Translations under genes and position numbers: made by a program
Source of the DNA: an uncultured Lachnospiraceae bacterium
GTDB lineage: Bacteria > Bacillota > Clostridia > Lachnospirales > Lachnospiraceae
Direction: 5' to 3'
Length of the DNA stretch: 64,000 bases
Assembly (NCBI GenBank): GCA_910578885.1
Contig: CAJTSH010000012.1
Span: forward strand, 25,950 to 89,949
Shown here: positions 29,149-44,566 of the stretch, piece by piece
Layout: every line of letters starts with the position of its first letter
Position numbering within the stretch: the first letter of the stretch is position 1
Notes under the pieces: model-generated
Told to the model about the DNA's origin: nothing
The model's input: only the letters and a program-made list of their open reading frames with translations
Databases searched by the model: none

Positions 29149-30111
29149 ATGGATTTGCGTTATATTTGTGGAATGAATTTCGCTCCGTTTGCAAAGGAGG
29201 GAAGTTTTTCCGGAGAGAAGGCTAGAAAAAGTCTGGCGCTAATGAAGGAACGAACCAGCTCGGATTTTGTTATATTTGTTCCGAATGGACTGCAGGATAC
29301 GCCGCAGTCAGAAAAAATCTGTTATACTTCCAAAGCAACCATGCAGGATGATGAATTGAAGAGAATGATAGAATATGCACAGCGTCTTGGACTTCGGGTT
29401 GCATTAAAACCAACGGTGAACTGCAAGAACGGGGCATGGAGAGCATATGTAAGCTTTTTTAATGAGGATGTGCATTGTGAGCCAAAGTGGCAGAACTGGT
29501 TTGATTCTTATTCCGAGTTTCAACGGCATTATGCAGGCATTTCTCAGGAGATGGGATGTTCTATGCACATTGCAGGATGCGAAATGGTGATGTCGGAGCA
29601 TAGGGAGAAAGAGTGGCGTCAGGTGATTGCCGATATCCGCAGCGAATATCGGGGGCTTGTGTCCTATAATACGGATAAATATCAGGAACATAATGTGAAA
29701 TGGTGGGATTGTGTAGACGTAATTTCTTCCAGTGGATATTATCCATTGTTGGAAATTGAGCAGGAGCTGGATCGGATCGAAAAAGTAGTGGTACAATATA
29801 ATAAACCGTTCTTTTTTGCGGAAGCAGGCTGTATGTCGGTGGATGGCTCTAAGGATGTACCGAATAATTGGACGCTTCAGGGAGAGTTGGACTTCATGGC
29901 ACAGGCGCTTTGGTATGACGCCATGATGACGGCATGTGAGAAGAGAGAGTGGTTCGGCGGATGGGCATTCTGGTCTTGGAGCGACAGGCTGTATGCCTTA
30001 AACCATGCGATGCAGAGGGGAGACTACGAAATATATGGCAAGCCGGCAGAGGAAGTGTTATGCCGGCATTATCGGGAAATTCAGGAAAGGATTCGGGGAA
30101 GCAGGAGATGA
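29149..30111 (+). CDS. GH113 family glycoside hydrolase (beta-mannan/manno-oligosaccharide active), intracellular
   Basis: GLRVALKPTVNC..GAWRA, IAGCEM, DVISSSGYYP, KPFFFAEAGC; no signal peptide. Confidence 0.82.
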   Translation: MDLRYICGMNFAPFAKEGSFSGEKARKSLALMKERTSSDFVIFVPNGLQDTPQSEKICYTSKATMQDDELKRMIEYAQRLGLRVALKPTVNCKNGAWRAYVSFFNEDVHCEPKWQNWFDSYSEFQRHYAGISQEMGCSMHIAGCEMVMSEHREKEWRQVIADIRSEYRGLVSYNTDKYQEHNVKWWDCVDVISSSGYYPLLEIEQELDRIEKVVVQYNKPFFFAEAGCMSVDGSKDVPNNWTLQGELDFMAQALWYDAMMTACEKREWFGGWAFWSWSDRLYALNHAMQRGDYEIYGKPAEEVLCRHYREIQERIRGSRR

Positions 30112-30135
30112 CGGTTATGGCAAATACAAAAAGCG

Positions 30136-30180
30136 CTGCCGCACATATGATTAAAAATCATATGTGCGGCAGCTTCTTTT
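30136..30180. terminator. Bidirectional terminator
   Basis: GCTGCCGCACATATGATT-aa-AATCATATGTGCGGCAGC with A/T flanks. Confidence 0.85.
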
Positions 30181-30217
30181 CTATTTATTTGGTTCTATGG
30201 TAATCCGGTGGATATTA

Positions 30218-35194
<4,977 letters not shown>

Positions 35195-35296
35195 TTAAAA
35201 AAATGCTTTTTAGAGTGACGTTATAGAAATTTCCGGTGCGAAGACTTCTATAAAATAATGAAAAAAAATGACGGCGCCAGTCATTTTAGTAACCAA

Positions 35297-35324
35297 GCGC
35301 AACACAATGTTGCGCAATCGGTTG
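35297..35324. promoter_or_regulatory. Palindromic operator candidate upstream of the GH53 gene
   Basis: GCGCAACA-caa-TGTTGCGC overlapping TGCGCAATCGGTTG. Confidence 0.5.
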
Positions 35325-35729
35325 TTCTTTTGATATAACTTTATCATGGGCAAAGTCTTTTTTCAATGTGCACGATTTATAATTATTTTTAAGGAAAATT
35401 AGTAATAATATACAAAAAGTTTGGGAAACAAGCAAGAATAGATGTTTAAAAGAGAAAAAATGGAAAGCGCAACAAAAAGCAAATAAAATTGCGCTTAAAA
35501 ATTGAAAAAGGGTCGACAAATACGACAAAAACATTATGTAAATATTGTAAGAACTAGATAATTGAAGAAAGGTAATACCAATGATAAAATAAAAAAGAGG
35601 AATGCAGGATTGCGCAATAAATGCGCAACAAAGCAATCTGAAAAACATAGGACAATGGGAGGATAAAATTTGGAAGTAAAACTTTCAAATTTATCAGGAT
35701 GGCGTAAAGCGCGCCAGAAGGAGGGAAGA

Positions 35730-37805
35730 ATGAAAAGAGGAGAGAAAAAGCAAAGGAAAAGAAAATCCGTAACGGGGGTAGGATTTTTTCGAAGCATCCA
35801 GTTCAAATTGATTGCGTCATTCCTTGTACCAGTTATCTGTATTGTAATTTTGGGAGTAGTTTCCTATCAGAAGGCGTCTTCGGCGGTGACGAGAAGTTAT
35901 ACGAGTTCTGTGGAACAGACGATGGGGATGATGGGGGACTATCTGACGCTGGCAGTGGATACGGTGCAGAATACATATAAGAGTTATTTAAATGATGATT
36001 CGATGAAGTCTTATTTTATGGGGACGCTTTCAGGCGCAGATGGGGAAGTATTTAGCAGGCGGACTGCAACAGAGCTGAAAGGCAGTGTTACAGCGGATTC
36101 TATGATATCGAACATTTTTTTCTTGTCAGATAAGCAGGAGCCGATTACGACAACGAGTATCGCTGGACAGGAAGCTTATGAGAGCTTTATTTCAAGCATT
36201 CAGGGACAAATGGCAAAAAATGATGCAAATGGATACTTTTTATTCGGTAATCAATCGGCAACGGACGAATTGCTAAAAACCGAAAATTCGAAGTATTCTA
36301 TGCGTCTGGTTAAACGAATGGTCAATACCAATTCTTATATGATGGTAGATTTGAGCTATGGTCTGTTGCGGGATAGTCTGATTTCACTGGATGTGGGCGA
36401 GGACGGTTATGTGGGGCTGATAACCTGTGACGGTGCGGAATTTGTTACGGAGAATGGAAGTGTCATTGCGCCGGAGACGGCTGTATTTACGGATAAGGAG
36501 TTTTATGAGAGGGCGCTTGCGGCAAGCGAGGATACCGGTGCGGAGGAAGTGGAGTATCAGGGAGAAAAATACATGTTCCTCTATCAAAAGATGGGAAAAT
36601 CTGCGATGATTGCGGTGTTGATTCCGAATCGTCTGCTTCTTGCGCAGGCGGCGGATATCAAGCAGTTAACAATGATCATTTCCATTTTGGCGGCGGTTGT
36701 GGCGTTGGTTTTGGGAACAGTGATTTCCCAGAGCTTTTCCGGGACTATCCGCAGTTTGGTAAAACGTCTGAAACGAGTGGCTGACGGAGACCTTACGGTA
36801 GAGGTACATTCGAAACGCAAGGATGAATTTCGGGTTTTAAGTGACGGGATTGCAAGCATGATTCATAATATGAAGAAACTGATCACGGACATCACTGAGG
36901 CGAGCGAGGAATTGACAGGGGCGGCAGTTCAGGTGTCCGACTCCTCTAATATGTTTATGCAGACGTCGCGGAACATCCAGCTTTCTATTTCTGAAATTGA
37001 AAAGGGTGTTACCCGTCTGGATACGGATTCGGCAGATTGCCTGAATCAGATGGACGGATTGTCCGGTAAGATTACCAGCGTTTCGGACAATGCTTCTGAG
37101 ATTTCACAGCTGACGGCAGCAGCCGGCGGATGCATTGTGGAAGGAATGCAGTCTATGGAAGGTCTGACAGAGAGTGCGAAGTCTACCACGAGAATTACAG
37201 CGGAAGTTATAACGGCGATTGAGGCTTTGGAAGAGAAATCGCGTTCGATCGGCAACATTATAGAAGCCATCAATGAAATTGCATCTCAGACGAACCTGCT
37301 TTCATTGAATGCATCTATTGAGGCTGCGCGCGCAGGGGAAGCAGGAAAGGGATTTGCCGTTGTTGCGGAGGAAATACGGAAGCTGGCGGATCAATCTTTG
37401 ATGTCGGCAAATCAGATTGGCGAAATTATTGATGAAATGATATCGAATACGGTTGACGTGGTAGATATTGCAAAGCAGGCGGAGTCGGTAGTGGCGTCTC
37501 AGGAGGGGGCGGTAGAATCTACAACAAGGTCTTTTCAGGAAATTGACAAACAGGTGTCTCGTTTAATGGAAGCGCTTCAGATGATATCAGACAGCGTTGA
37601 TAATATGGACAGTGACCGCTCGGCAACGTTAGGATCAATAGAAAGTATTTCGGCAGTTTCTGCGCAGGCGGCGGCTTCTTCTCAGGAAGTATATGCTACG
37701 GCGGATAAGCAGCTTGCTGCAATTACAAAACTGGAGACGGCGTCAGGCCAGCTTCAGAAGCGGGCATCCCAGCTTCGGGAAAGTTTGCAGCAATTTACGT
37801 TGTAA
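35730..37805 (+). CDS. Methyl-accepting chemotaxis protein (dCache-type sensor, HAMP)
   Basis: Two TM segments; [37 protein letters not shown] 35730 has RBS aggaggg. Confidence 0.95.
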   Translation: MKRGEKKQRKRKSVTGVGFFRSIQFKLIASFLVPVICIVILGVVSYQKASSAVTRSYTSSVEQTMGMMGDYLTLAVDTVQNTYKSYLNDDSMKSYFMGTLSGADGEVFSRRTATELKGSVTADSMISNIFFLSDKQEPITTTSIAGQEAYESFISSIQGQMAKNDANGYFLFGNQSATDELLKTENSKYSMRLVKRMVNTNSYMMVDLSYGLLRDSLISLDVGEDGYVGLITCDGAEFVTENGSVIAPETAVFTDKEFYERALAASEDTGAEEVEYQGEKYMFLYQKMGKSAMIAVLIPNRLLLAQAADIKQLTMIISILAAVVALVLGTVISQSFSGTIRSLVKRLKRVADGDLTVEVHSKRKDEFRVLSDGIASMIHNMKKLITDITEASEELTGAAVQVSDSSNMFMQTSRNIQLSISEIEKGVTRLDTDSADCLNQMDGLSGKITSVSDNASEISQLTAAAGGCIVEGMQSMEGLTESAKSTTRITAEVITAIEALEEKSRSIGNIIEAINEIASQTNLLSLNASIEAARAGEAGKGFAVVAEEIRKLADQSLMSANQIGEIIDEMISNTVDVVDIAKQAESVVASQEGAVESTTRSFQEIDKQVSRLMEALQMISDSVDNMDSDRSATLGSIESISAVSAQAAASSQEVYATADKQLAAITKLETASGQLQKRASQLRESLQQFTL

Positions 37806-37943
37806 AATGATGGAAAATAGATTAGAATAGAGAGTAAGAAAAAGATGAAAGCTGCTTTGGATTATAGTGGCTTTCATTTTTGTATCATGAAAAATATCTT
37901 ATTGCTTTAAAGCGGTAAAGAAAAGTGAGAAGGGATTTGAACA

Positions 37944-39410
37944 ATGAAAGAGAGAGAAAAGTTTGGAAGCAGACTGGGATTCATTTTAGTATCTGCAGGC
38001 TGTGCGGTAGGATTGGGAAATGTGTGGAAGTTTCCTTATATCTGTGGTGAAAATGGGGGCGCAGCCTTTATTTTGATCTATTTGGCGTTTCTGCTTATTC
38101 TGGGGCTTCCGATTATGATTTGTGAATTTGCAATCGGACGGGGCAGCGGGAAAAGCATAGCAAAGGCGTTTGAAGAGCTGGAGCCTAAGGGAACGCATTG
38201 GCATAAGTACAAGTGGTTTGGAATCGCCGGAAACTATCTTTTGATGATGTTTTACACGATGGTAGGCGGATGGATGCTCTATTATGCCTACCGGATGATG
38301 ACAGGGGAACTGCAGAAGCTGGAGGGAGATGCGGTAGCAGCATCGTTTCTCGGAATGCTGGATAATTCGGGCACAATGATTTTCTGGACAGTGCTTGCTA
38401 TTGTTTTGGCTTTTCTCATTTGCTCACGGGGGCTGCAAAAGGGCGTTGAAAAGGTTACTAAGGTTATGATGGCGCTTTTGATCGTGCTGATTGTGGTTCT
38501 TGCTGTCCGTTCTCTGACCTTGAAGGATGCGGGAGAAGGAGTGGCGTTTTATCTGATTCCTGATTTTGAGAGGCTTTTGGAGAACGGAATCGGGAATGTG
38601 GTATTTGCCGCTATGTCCCACGCATTTTTTACTTTGAGCGTAGGTATCGGAGCAATGGAGATTTTCGGGAGCTATCTTGGAAGAGAACGCAGACTGACCG
38701 GGGAAGCGGTCAATATTGTCTGTCTTGACACTTTTGTGGCTCTGATGTCGGGACTTATTATTATTCCGGCTTGTTTTGCCTATGGAATAGAGCCGGATAG
38801 CGGACCTTCGCTTTTGTTTATCACGCTCCCGAATGTATTTCAGCATATGAGAGCCGGAAGAATCTGGGGAACCTGCTTTTTCATTTTCATGTCTTTTGCA
38901 GCGCTTTCTACAATTGTTGCTGTGTTTGAAAATATAATTGCAATGACCTGTGATATGTTTCGATGGGAGCGGAAGAAGGCGGTCGGAGTGAATCTGCTCG
39001 CAATTACTCTTTTATCAATGCCGGCAGTGCTGGGGTATAATTTATGGGCGGGTATTGAGCCGCTCGGAAGCGGTACGACAATCATGGATTTGGAAGATTT
39101 TCTTGTTTCCTATAACATCCTTCCGTTGGGAAGTCTTTTATATGTCATGTTCTGTACAAAGAAGAACGGATGGGGCTGGGATAAATTTGTGTCGGAAACC
39201 AATACGGGCTCAGGAATCAGGTTTCCGGGAGGTATCCGCTTGTATATGACAATCATTTTGCCGCTGATTATTATTGTGATTTATTTGAAGGGTTATTATG
39301 ATATGTTCGCAGGCAAGGGGACGGCGGTTCTTGCCTTTTGGATGATTGTTGCAGTGGTGCTGCTGGTTTTGGTGCTGAGTTTTGGCAGAAAGGGAAAGCG
39401 GCATTCGTGA
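37944..39410 (+). CDS. Sodium-dependent transporter, NSS/SNF family
   Basis: REKFGSRLGFILVSAGCAVGLGNVWKFPY..GENGGAAF. Confidence 0.95.
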   Translation: MKEREKFGSRLGFILVSAGCAVGLGNVWKFPYICGENGGAAFILIYLAFLLILGLPIMICEFAIGRGSGKSIAKAFEELEPKGTHWHKYKWFGIAGNYLLMMFYTMVGGWMLYYAYRMMTGELQKLEGDAVAASFLGMLDNSGTMIFWTVLAIVLAFLICSRGLQKGVEKVTKVMMALLIVLIVVLAVRSLTLKDAGEGVAFYLIPDFERLLENGIGNVVFAAMSHAFFTLSVGIGAMEIFGSYLGRERRLTGEAVNIVCLDTFVALMSGLIIIPACFAYGIEPDSGPSLLFITLPNVFQHMRAGRIWGTCFFIFMSFAALSTIVAVFENIIAMTCDMFRWERKKAVGVNLLAITLLSMPAVLGYNLWAGIEPLGSGTTIMDLEDFLVSYNILPLGSLLYVMFCTKKNGWGWDKFVSETNTGSGIRFPGGIRLYMTIILPLIIIVIYLKGYYDMFAGKGTAVLAFWMIVAVVLLVLVLSFGRKGKRHS

Positions 39411-39477
39411 TAGGATAGATTTTGAAATTAAGGGAAAGTTGTCAAAAGAATTATGTGGAGACAGCGGGAGGAAGAAT

Positions 39478-40791
39478 ATGGAGCAGATGTCTTTATTTGA
39501 AAATCGAGAGCAAAGTGCGCCGCTTGCCAGCCGCCTTAGGCCGGAACGGCTGGAAGATTTTGTGGGGCAGGAACATCTGCTTGGAAACGGAAAAATGCTG
39601 AGGCAGCTGATTGAGCGCGACCAGATATCTTCTATGATTTTTTGGGGACCGCCGGGGGTGGGAAAAACAACGCTTGCCAGTATTATTGCGGGCAGGACAA
39701 AGGCGGATTTTATCAATTTCAGTGCGGTAACAAGCGGCATCAAGGAAATTAAAGAGGTGATGGGCAAAGCAGAAATCAGCCGTAAGATGGGAGTTCGGAC
39801 AGTATTGTTCATAGATGAGATCCACCGTTTTAACAAAGCGCAGCAGGATGCTTTTCTTCCTTATGTTGAAAAGGGAAGCATTGTGCTGATTGGCGCAACG
39901 ACAGAGAATCCGTCCTTTGAAATCAATGCGGCTCTGCTGTCCAGATGCAAGGTATTTGTGTTAAAAGCATTAGAGGAAAATGATATCGCTAAGCTGCTGC
40001 GCCATGCCATCCAAAGCCCTTCCGGTTTTAAAAATCAGAATGTGCAGATAACGGACAGGCAGATAGCGGCAATCGCAGCATTTGCCAATGGAGACGCCAG
40101 AACGGCGCTCAATACATTGGAAATGGCTGTGTTGAACGGGGAAATTTCCGCAGCGGGAATCACTGTTACGGATGAGGGCATGGAGCAGTGTATCAGCAGA
40201 AAATCCCTGCTCTATGATAAGACTGGTGAGGAGCATTATAATATTATTTCCGCATTGCATAAGTCCATGCGTAACAGCGATCCGGATGCGGCGGTCTATT
40301 GGATGGAGAGAATGTTAGAGGGCGGTGAGAATCCGCTTTATATTGCAAGGCGGCTGATCCGTTTTGCCAGTGAGGATATAGGTATGGCGGACAGTCAGGC
40401 GCTGCAGGTGGCGGTTGCGGCTTATCAGGCGTGCCACTTTAACGGAATGCCGGAATGTGACGTGAATCTGGCTCATGCCGTAACCTATCTTGCAATGGCG
40501 CCAAAATCAAATGCGCTTTATGTAGCATGTGAGGAAACTAAGGCGGATATTCGAAGCGGCAGGGTGGATCCGGTTCCGCTTCAGCTAAGGAATGCGCCGA
40601 CAGGACTGATGAAGGAGCTGAATTATGGCAAGGGCTATGAGTATGCCCACGATACAGAAGCGAAGTTGACCCGGATGGAATGTCTGCCTGAAGCGCTTGC
40701 CGGGAAAGAGTATTATCGTCCGGCAGGAGAGGGAGCGGAAGAGCTTGTGAAAAAACGGTTGGATGAAATTAAGGCGTGGAAAGCGGAGTAA
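39478..40791 (+). CDS. rarA: Replication-associated recombination protein RarA/MgsA
   Basis: PLASRLRP, WGPPGVGKTT, FIDEIHRFNKAQQD, GATTENPSF, ISALHKSMRNSDPD. Confidence 0.96.
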   Translation: MEQMSLFENREQSAPLASRLRPERLEDFVGQEHLLGNGKMLRQLIERDQISSMIFWGPPGVGKTTLASIIAGRTKADFINFSAVTSGIKEIKEVMGKAEISRKMGVRTVLFIDEIHRFNKAQQDAFLPYVEKGSIVLIGATTENPSFEINAALLSRCKVFVLKALEENDIAKLLRHAIQSPSGFKNQNVQITDRQIAAIAAFANGDARTALNTLEMAVLNGEISAAGITVTDEGMEQCISRKSLLYDKTGEEHYNIISALHKSMRNSDPDAAVYWMERMLEGGENPLYIARRLIRFASEDIGMADSQALQVAVAAYQACHFNGMPECDVNLAHAVTYLAMAPKSNALYVACEETKADIRSGRVDPVPLQLRNAPTGLMKELNYGKGYEYAHDTEAKLTRMECLPEALAGKEYYRPAGEGAEELVKKRLDEIKAWKAE

Positions 40792-40920
40792 AGATGGCTG
40801 GATGCTGTTCCACGCATTCTGTCGTTCCTGTAACCGTTGCAGAGTGCTTGTTTAGGCATTTTGCAGTTGTAATGCAATTGAATGTGTAATATAAATTTGA
40901 TTCTAAGATACAGTAATTCG

Positions 40921-41013
40921 GCTTATGAGAATCTCGCTTATGGATTCTCATAAAAGGCGCCGTATTCGCGCCGTCCATCTGATTATGTGAAGCCGGTTTT
41001 GCTTTGCATAATC
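40921..41013. repeat. REP-like dispersed repeat, family A, copy 3 (inverted)
   Basis: gcttatgagaatctcgcttatggattctcataa and ctgattatgtgaagccggttttgctttgcataatcag hairpins. Confidence 0.72.
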
Positions 41014-41182
41014 AGAAATTCCATATCTAACGAAACGAAAGTTTCAATCTACGTAACATTTCAGAATTTATTCAAAAGAGACGCGGTACGGGAAGCCTGT
41101 CTGTTTTTTCCTCTAAAAAATCAAAATAATGCGCACACTGGGTCAAAGAAAACTGTTATACCTATTAGAAGGGGGGAGAAAT

Positions 41183-41686
41183 GTGTCTGTAGAATTAAAA
41201 GAAGAGTACGACAAAATATACCGGTATTGCTATTTCAAAGTACATAACAGCTACGTGGCGGAGGATTTGACACAGGAAGCCTTTCTTCGTTATTTTTCCC
41301 AGAGCACTTATATCAACAGGGGTAAGAAGCTTGCCTATTTGTACACGATAGCGAGGAATCTTTGCGTGGATTATTACGGCAGGAAAGAGAAACGGGAACG
41401 GCTGGGATATGAAGCGGAGGAAAATGAGGATTTGGGAAAAATTGCAAATGCAAGGGTGGAAGAACGGGATGAGATGGAAGCAGTGGAAAACCGGACTGCG
41501 GTAGAGTGGGCGGTTGGAAAGCTGCCGGAACCTCTGCGGGAGCTGATTTTGCTGAGATATGTCAATGAATTGTCAGTCTCAGAGACAGGGATGATTCTTC
41601 GCTTGTCACGTTTTGCAGTTTACCGAAGGGAACAGGAGGCGTTAAAGAAATTGCGGCATCTGCTGGGAGAGGAGGCGCAGATATGA
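41183..41686 (+). CDS. ECF sigma-70 factor
   Basis: YDKIYRYC, AEDLTQEAFL, YLYTIARNLCVD, LILLRYVNELS; GTG start after RBS ggggggag. Confidence 0.92.
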   Translation: MSVELKEEYDKIYRYCYFKVHNSYVAEDLTQEAFLRYFSQSTYINRGKKLAYLYTIARNLCVDYYGRKEKRERLGYEAEENEDLGKIANARVEERDEMEAVENRTAVEWAVGKLPEPLRELILLRYVNELSVSETGMILRLSRFAVYRREQEALKKLRHLLGEEAQI

Positions 41687-42420
41687 ATAAGAAAATGCGC
41701 AGGGAGTTAAAGGAAAGCTTTTGGGCGCCGGAGCCGGAGCGCAGGGATGATTTTTTGTCGGGACTGCAAAGTCCCAGAGAACCGCTGTATCGGTTCGTCC
41801 TGACACAGCTTGGTTATATACGTAAGCGGGGATGGGCAGCCGCTTTTCTGGTTCTGTTGGTGATTCTTGGAGTTGGAGAATATTGGGAAGATATTTCGGA
41901 TGCTGCATTGTTTTGGAATATATCTGCATTCCTGCCGTTTTTTGCACTGACAGCAATTGTAGAGGTAGGACGTTCTAATCGCCGCGGGATGTCGGAATTG
42001 GAGAGTTGTACCAGATATCATCTGCCGGAAATACTATTGGTGTGGATGGGCAGCATAGGAGCCTTGAATCTGACTGTATTACTGGGGGTTTATTTCTTCC
42101 TGCAAAGCAGGATTTCCTATGGAACGCTGCGTACGATTGTCTATCTGTTTCTGCCTTATGTCTTGACAAGTGCACTGACGCTTCTGATACAAAATACCCG
42201 CAGAAAATGTGACGTGAGCGTTTGCTGCGGCGCGGTGGGAATACTTGTCAGTCTGTGCACGGCAATTTTGCCAAGAATAGCAGAATACCTGTATGCAGAG
42301 AAATATTTTATCGCATGGGCGCTGTTTTTTATGTTTGCCTGCGGTCTGATGCTTAGGCAATTATGGAAAATGAAAGAGAATATGGAGGAAGGATTATGGA
42401 ACTTGTACTTGACCGAGTAA
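41683..42420 (+). CDS. Multi-TM membrane protein, putative anti-sigma/accessory
   Basis: ATGA-coupled to the ECF gene; about 6 TM; GMSELE motif. Confidence 0.65.
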   Translation: MNKKMRRELKESFWAPEPERRDDFLSGLQSPREPLYRFVLTQLGYIRKRGWAAAFLVLLVILGVGEYWEDISDAALFWNISAFLPFFALTAIVEVGRSNRRGMSELESCTRYHLPEILLVWMGSIGALNLTVLLGVYFFLQSRISYGTLRTIVYLFLPYVLTSALTLLIQNTRRKCDVSVCCGAVGILVSLCTAILPRIAEYLYAEKYFIAWALFFMFACGLMLRQLWKMKENMEEGLWNLYLTE

Positions 42421-43271
42421 CCAAGCAATATAAAAATAAAATAGCCGTAGACCGGGTGTCTTATGTGATGCATCCGGGCGTTTATGGATTGTTAGGGGCG
42501 AATGGCGCAGGGAAGACTACGCTGATGAGGATGATCTGCGGTGTTCTGATGCCGGACAGCGGTGAAGTGAAAATGAACGGATTGGATGCAAAGGAAGAGG
42601 GGTATCGCGACGGGCTGGGTTATCTGCCGCAGGATTTTGGCTATTATCCCGAATTTACCGCAATGGATTTCCTGATGTATATGGCGGCATTAAAAGGGAT
42701 ACCAAAGCGGGAAGCAAAGAGAAAAGCGGCAGAATTGCTTGAACTGGTAAATTTGTCCACAGAAGCGAAGAAAAAAATGAAAGTTTTTTCCGGCGGGATG
42801 AAGCAGCGTCTGGGAATAGCACAGGCTTTGCTGAACAATCCGCTCCTGCTTGTCCTGGATGAGCCGACGGCTGGACTGGATCCAAAGGAGCGTGTAAAGT
42901 TCCGCAATATGATAGCAAAGCTGGGAAAGGATCGGGTCGTATTGCTTTCGACACATATCGTATCGGATGTGGAGTATATTGCGAATGAAATTCTGATTAT
43001 GAAAGAGGGCAGACTGATTCATCATGGAACTTTGGAAGAAGTGATATCCGCCATACGCGGAAGGGTCTATGAATGTAAGACAGATGGGGAGACCGGGCAA
43101 AGGCTTGCTGAAAAATACCCCATCGTCAATCTCAGGGAAGAGGCGGACGGAGTCTTTCTGCGGCTTGTGAGTGAGAAAAAACCTTGTGAGACGGCTGTTT
43201 TGGCAGAGGAGACTTTAGAGGATCTGTACCTATATTACTTTAGCGGACGGGAGGAAAAGGATGATGAGTGA
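42396..43271 (+). CDS. ABC transporter ATP-binding protein
   Basis: GANGAGKTT, FSGGMKQR, LVLDEPTAGLDP, LSTH. Confidence 0.96.
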   Translation: MELVLDRVTKQYKNKIAVDRVSYVMHPGVYGLLGANGAGKTTLMRMICGVLMPDSGEVKMNGLDAKEEGYRDGLGYLPQDFGYYPEFTAMDFLMYMAALKGIPKREAKRKAAELLELVNLSTEAKKKMKVFSGGMKQRLGIAQALLNNPLLLVLDEPTAGLDPKERVKFRNMIAKLGKDRVVLLSTHIVSDVEYIANEILIMKEGRLIHHGTLEEVISAIRGRVYECKTDGETGQRLAEKYPIVNLREEADGVFLRLVSEKKPCETAVLAEETLEDLYLYYFSGREEKDDE

Positions 43272-44463
43272 TTTATGGACTTTAATTAAGTTCGAATATA
43301 AGAAGATTTTCCAGAAGAAGTCCAGTTGGATTGCGCTTATCGTTGTATATCTTTTCATTCTTTTGGGCGGGGTTCTGATGGAAATTGGATCCATTGAGGC
43401 TGAGGGTGAAAAAGTAAGCAGCAATTATGAAGATATGATGGCGCAGAAAAAGGAAGAATTAAATTACACGGGAGAGTATCTGGATGAGAATCTTTTTGCC
43501 GAAGCGCAGGAGGCATATTCGCATTTATCAATAGATTATGTAACAAACGCATGGAATAGCGTGGAAGACTGGGAGGACTATTGTACCTATGTCAGACCTT
43601 ATCAATCGGTGGCGGGAATCTTTACGCAAACGGGAATGGATATCTTTTCATCGGATGTATCTCAGTTTTATGAATACCGGAAAACGGCTATGCAGAATAC
43701 ATATGAAGAGGAAAATCTATCGGAAAAGGAAATCAACCGCCATTTTAAGTGGGATGCACAAACGCAAAAACCATTTGTATATAGTTATACAGAAGGATAT
43801 CAGAGGTTTGCTGCGCTGCAATATACGAATATTATCTTTATTGCTTTTGCTGTTGCCGTCTGTGTTTCCGGTATTTTTTCGGGAGAGTACACAAGCGGTG
43901 TGGATGCGTTGATCCTCTCTGCAAAATACGGGAAAACAAAAGAGGCTGCTGCAAAAATCTTTACGGGAGGCAGTCTGGCATTTTTGGTGGCGTTGCTTTA
44001 TGAAGGAAGCTGCTTTCTTGAAGTCGGGCTGTTGTATGGCTTTGAAGGGGCGGATGCACCGGTACAGCTCGGTACGGCGCTGATTAGCTATCCGCTTACG
44101 ATGCTGCAATACTGCCTGGGCTTATTGGCGCTTGGAATTTTGGCAGTGTGTGTTGTAGCGGGATTTACGATGTTCTGCTCGGCAAAGATGAAATCTACCT
44201 TTCCGGTCATTATCCTCGCCTTCATTTTGATATTCGTTCCGGTGATGCTTATGGTGCCGGAGGAAAAACGTATCCTAACGATGCTGGTGAATCTGCTTCC
44301 GGCAAGAATGGGCGGAGGAGCATTTGATGACAGGCTGCTTTGCATTTTCGGATCCTGTGTGCCGCCGTATGTTTACGTGCCAATTGTATATCTGGCGCTT
44401 GGCGCATTCTTGGTCTGGCAGGCAGGAAGAGGGTTCCGGCGTCATCAGATTGGCGGGAGATAA
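43261..44463 (+). CDS. ABC-2-type permease
   Basis: LIKFEYKKI start; IFSGEYTSGVDALILSAKYGK; multi-TM. Confidence 0.85.
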   Translation: MMSDLWTLIKFEYKKIFQKKSSWIALIVVYLFILLGGVLMEIGSIEAEGEKVSSNYEDMMAQKKEELNYTGEYLDENLFAEAQEAYSHLSIDYVTNAWNSVEDWEDYCTYVRPYQSVAGIFTQTGMDIFSSDVSQFYEYRKTAMQNTYEEENLSEKEINRHFKWDAQTQKPFVYSYTEGYQRFAALQYTNIIFIAFAVAVCVSGIFSGEYTSGVDALILSAKYGKTKEAAAKIFTGGSLAFLVALLYEGSCFLEVGLLYGFEGADAPVQLGTALISYPLTMLQYCLGLLALGILAVCVVAGFTMFCSAKMKSTFPVIILAFILIFVPVMLMVPEEKRILTMLVNLLPARMGGGAFDDRLLCIFGSCVPPYVYVPIVYLALGAFLVWQAGRGFRRHQIGGR

Positions 44464-44510
44464 GACTTGACAGAACCTTTTCCAAATACAAAATATTTTC
44501 ACGCAGCATA

Positions 44511-44541
44511 TTGACATTTACGTAAGGGAAAGGTTTAAGAT
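44511..44541 (+). promoter_or_regulatory. MerR-type promoter (19-bp spacer with dyad)
   Basis: TTGACA-N19-TAAGAT with imperfect palindrome ACATTTACGTAAGGGAAAGGT. Confidence 0.8.
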
Positions 44542-44566
44542 ACAATCAAAATCAGTTGATGGAGGG

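Noticed and set aside
35286..35806. Phe/Leu-rich ORFs between GH53 and the MCP
   Set aside because: Low-complexity translations of an A-rich divergent promoter region
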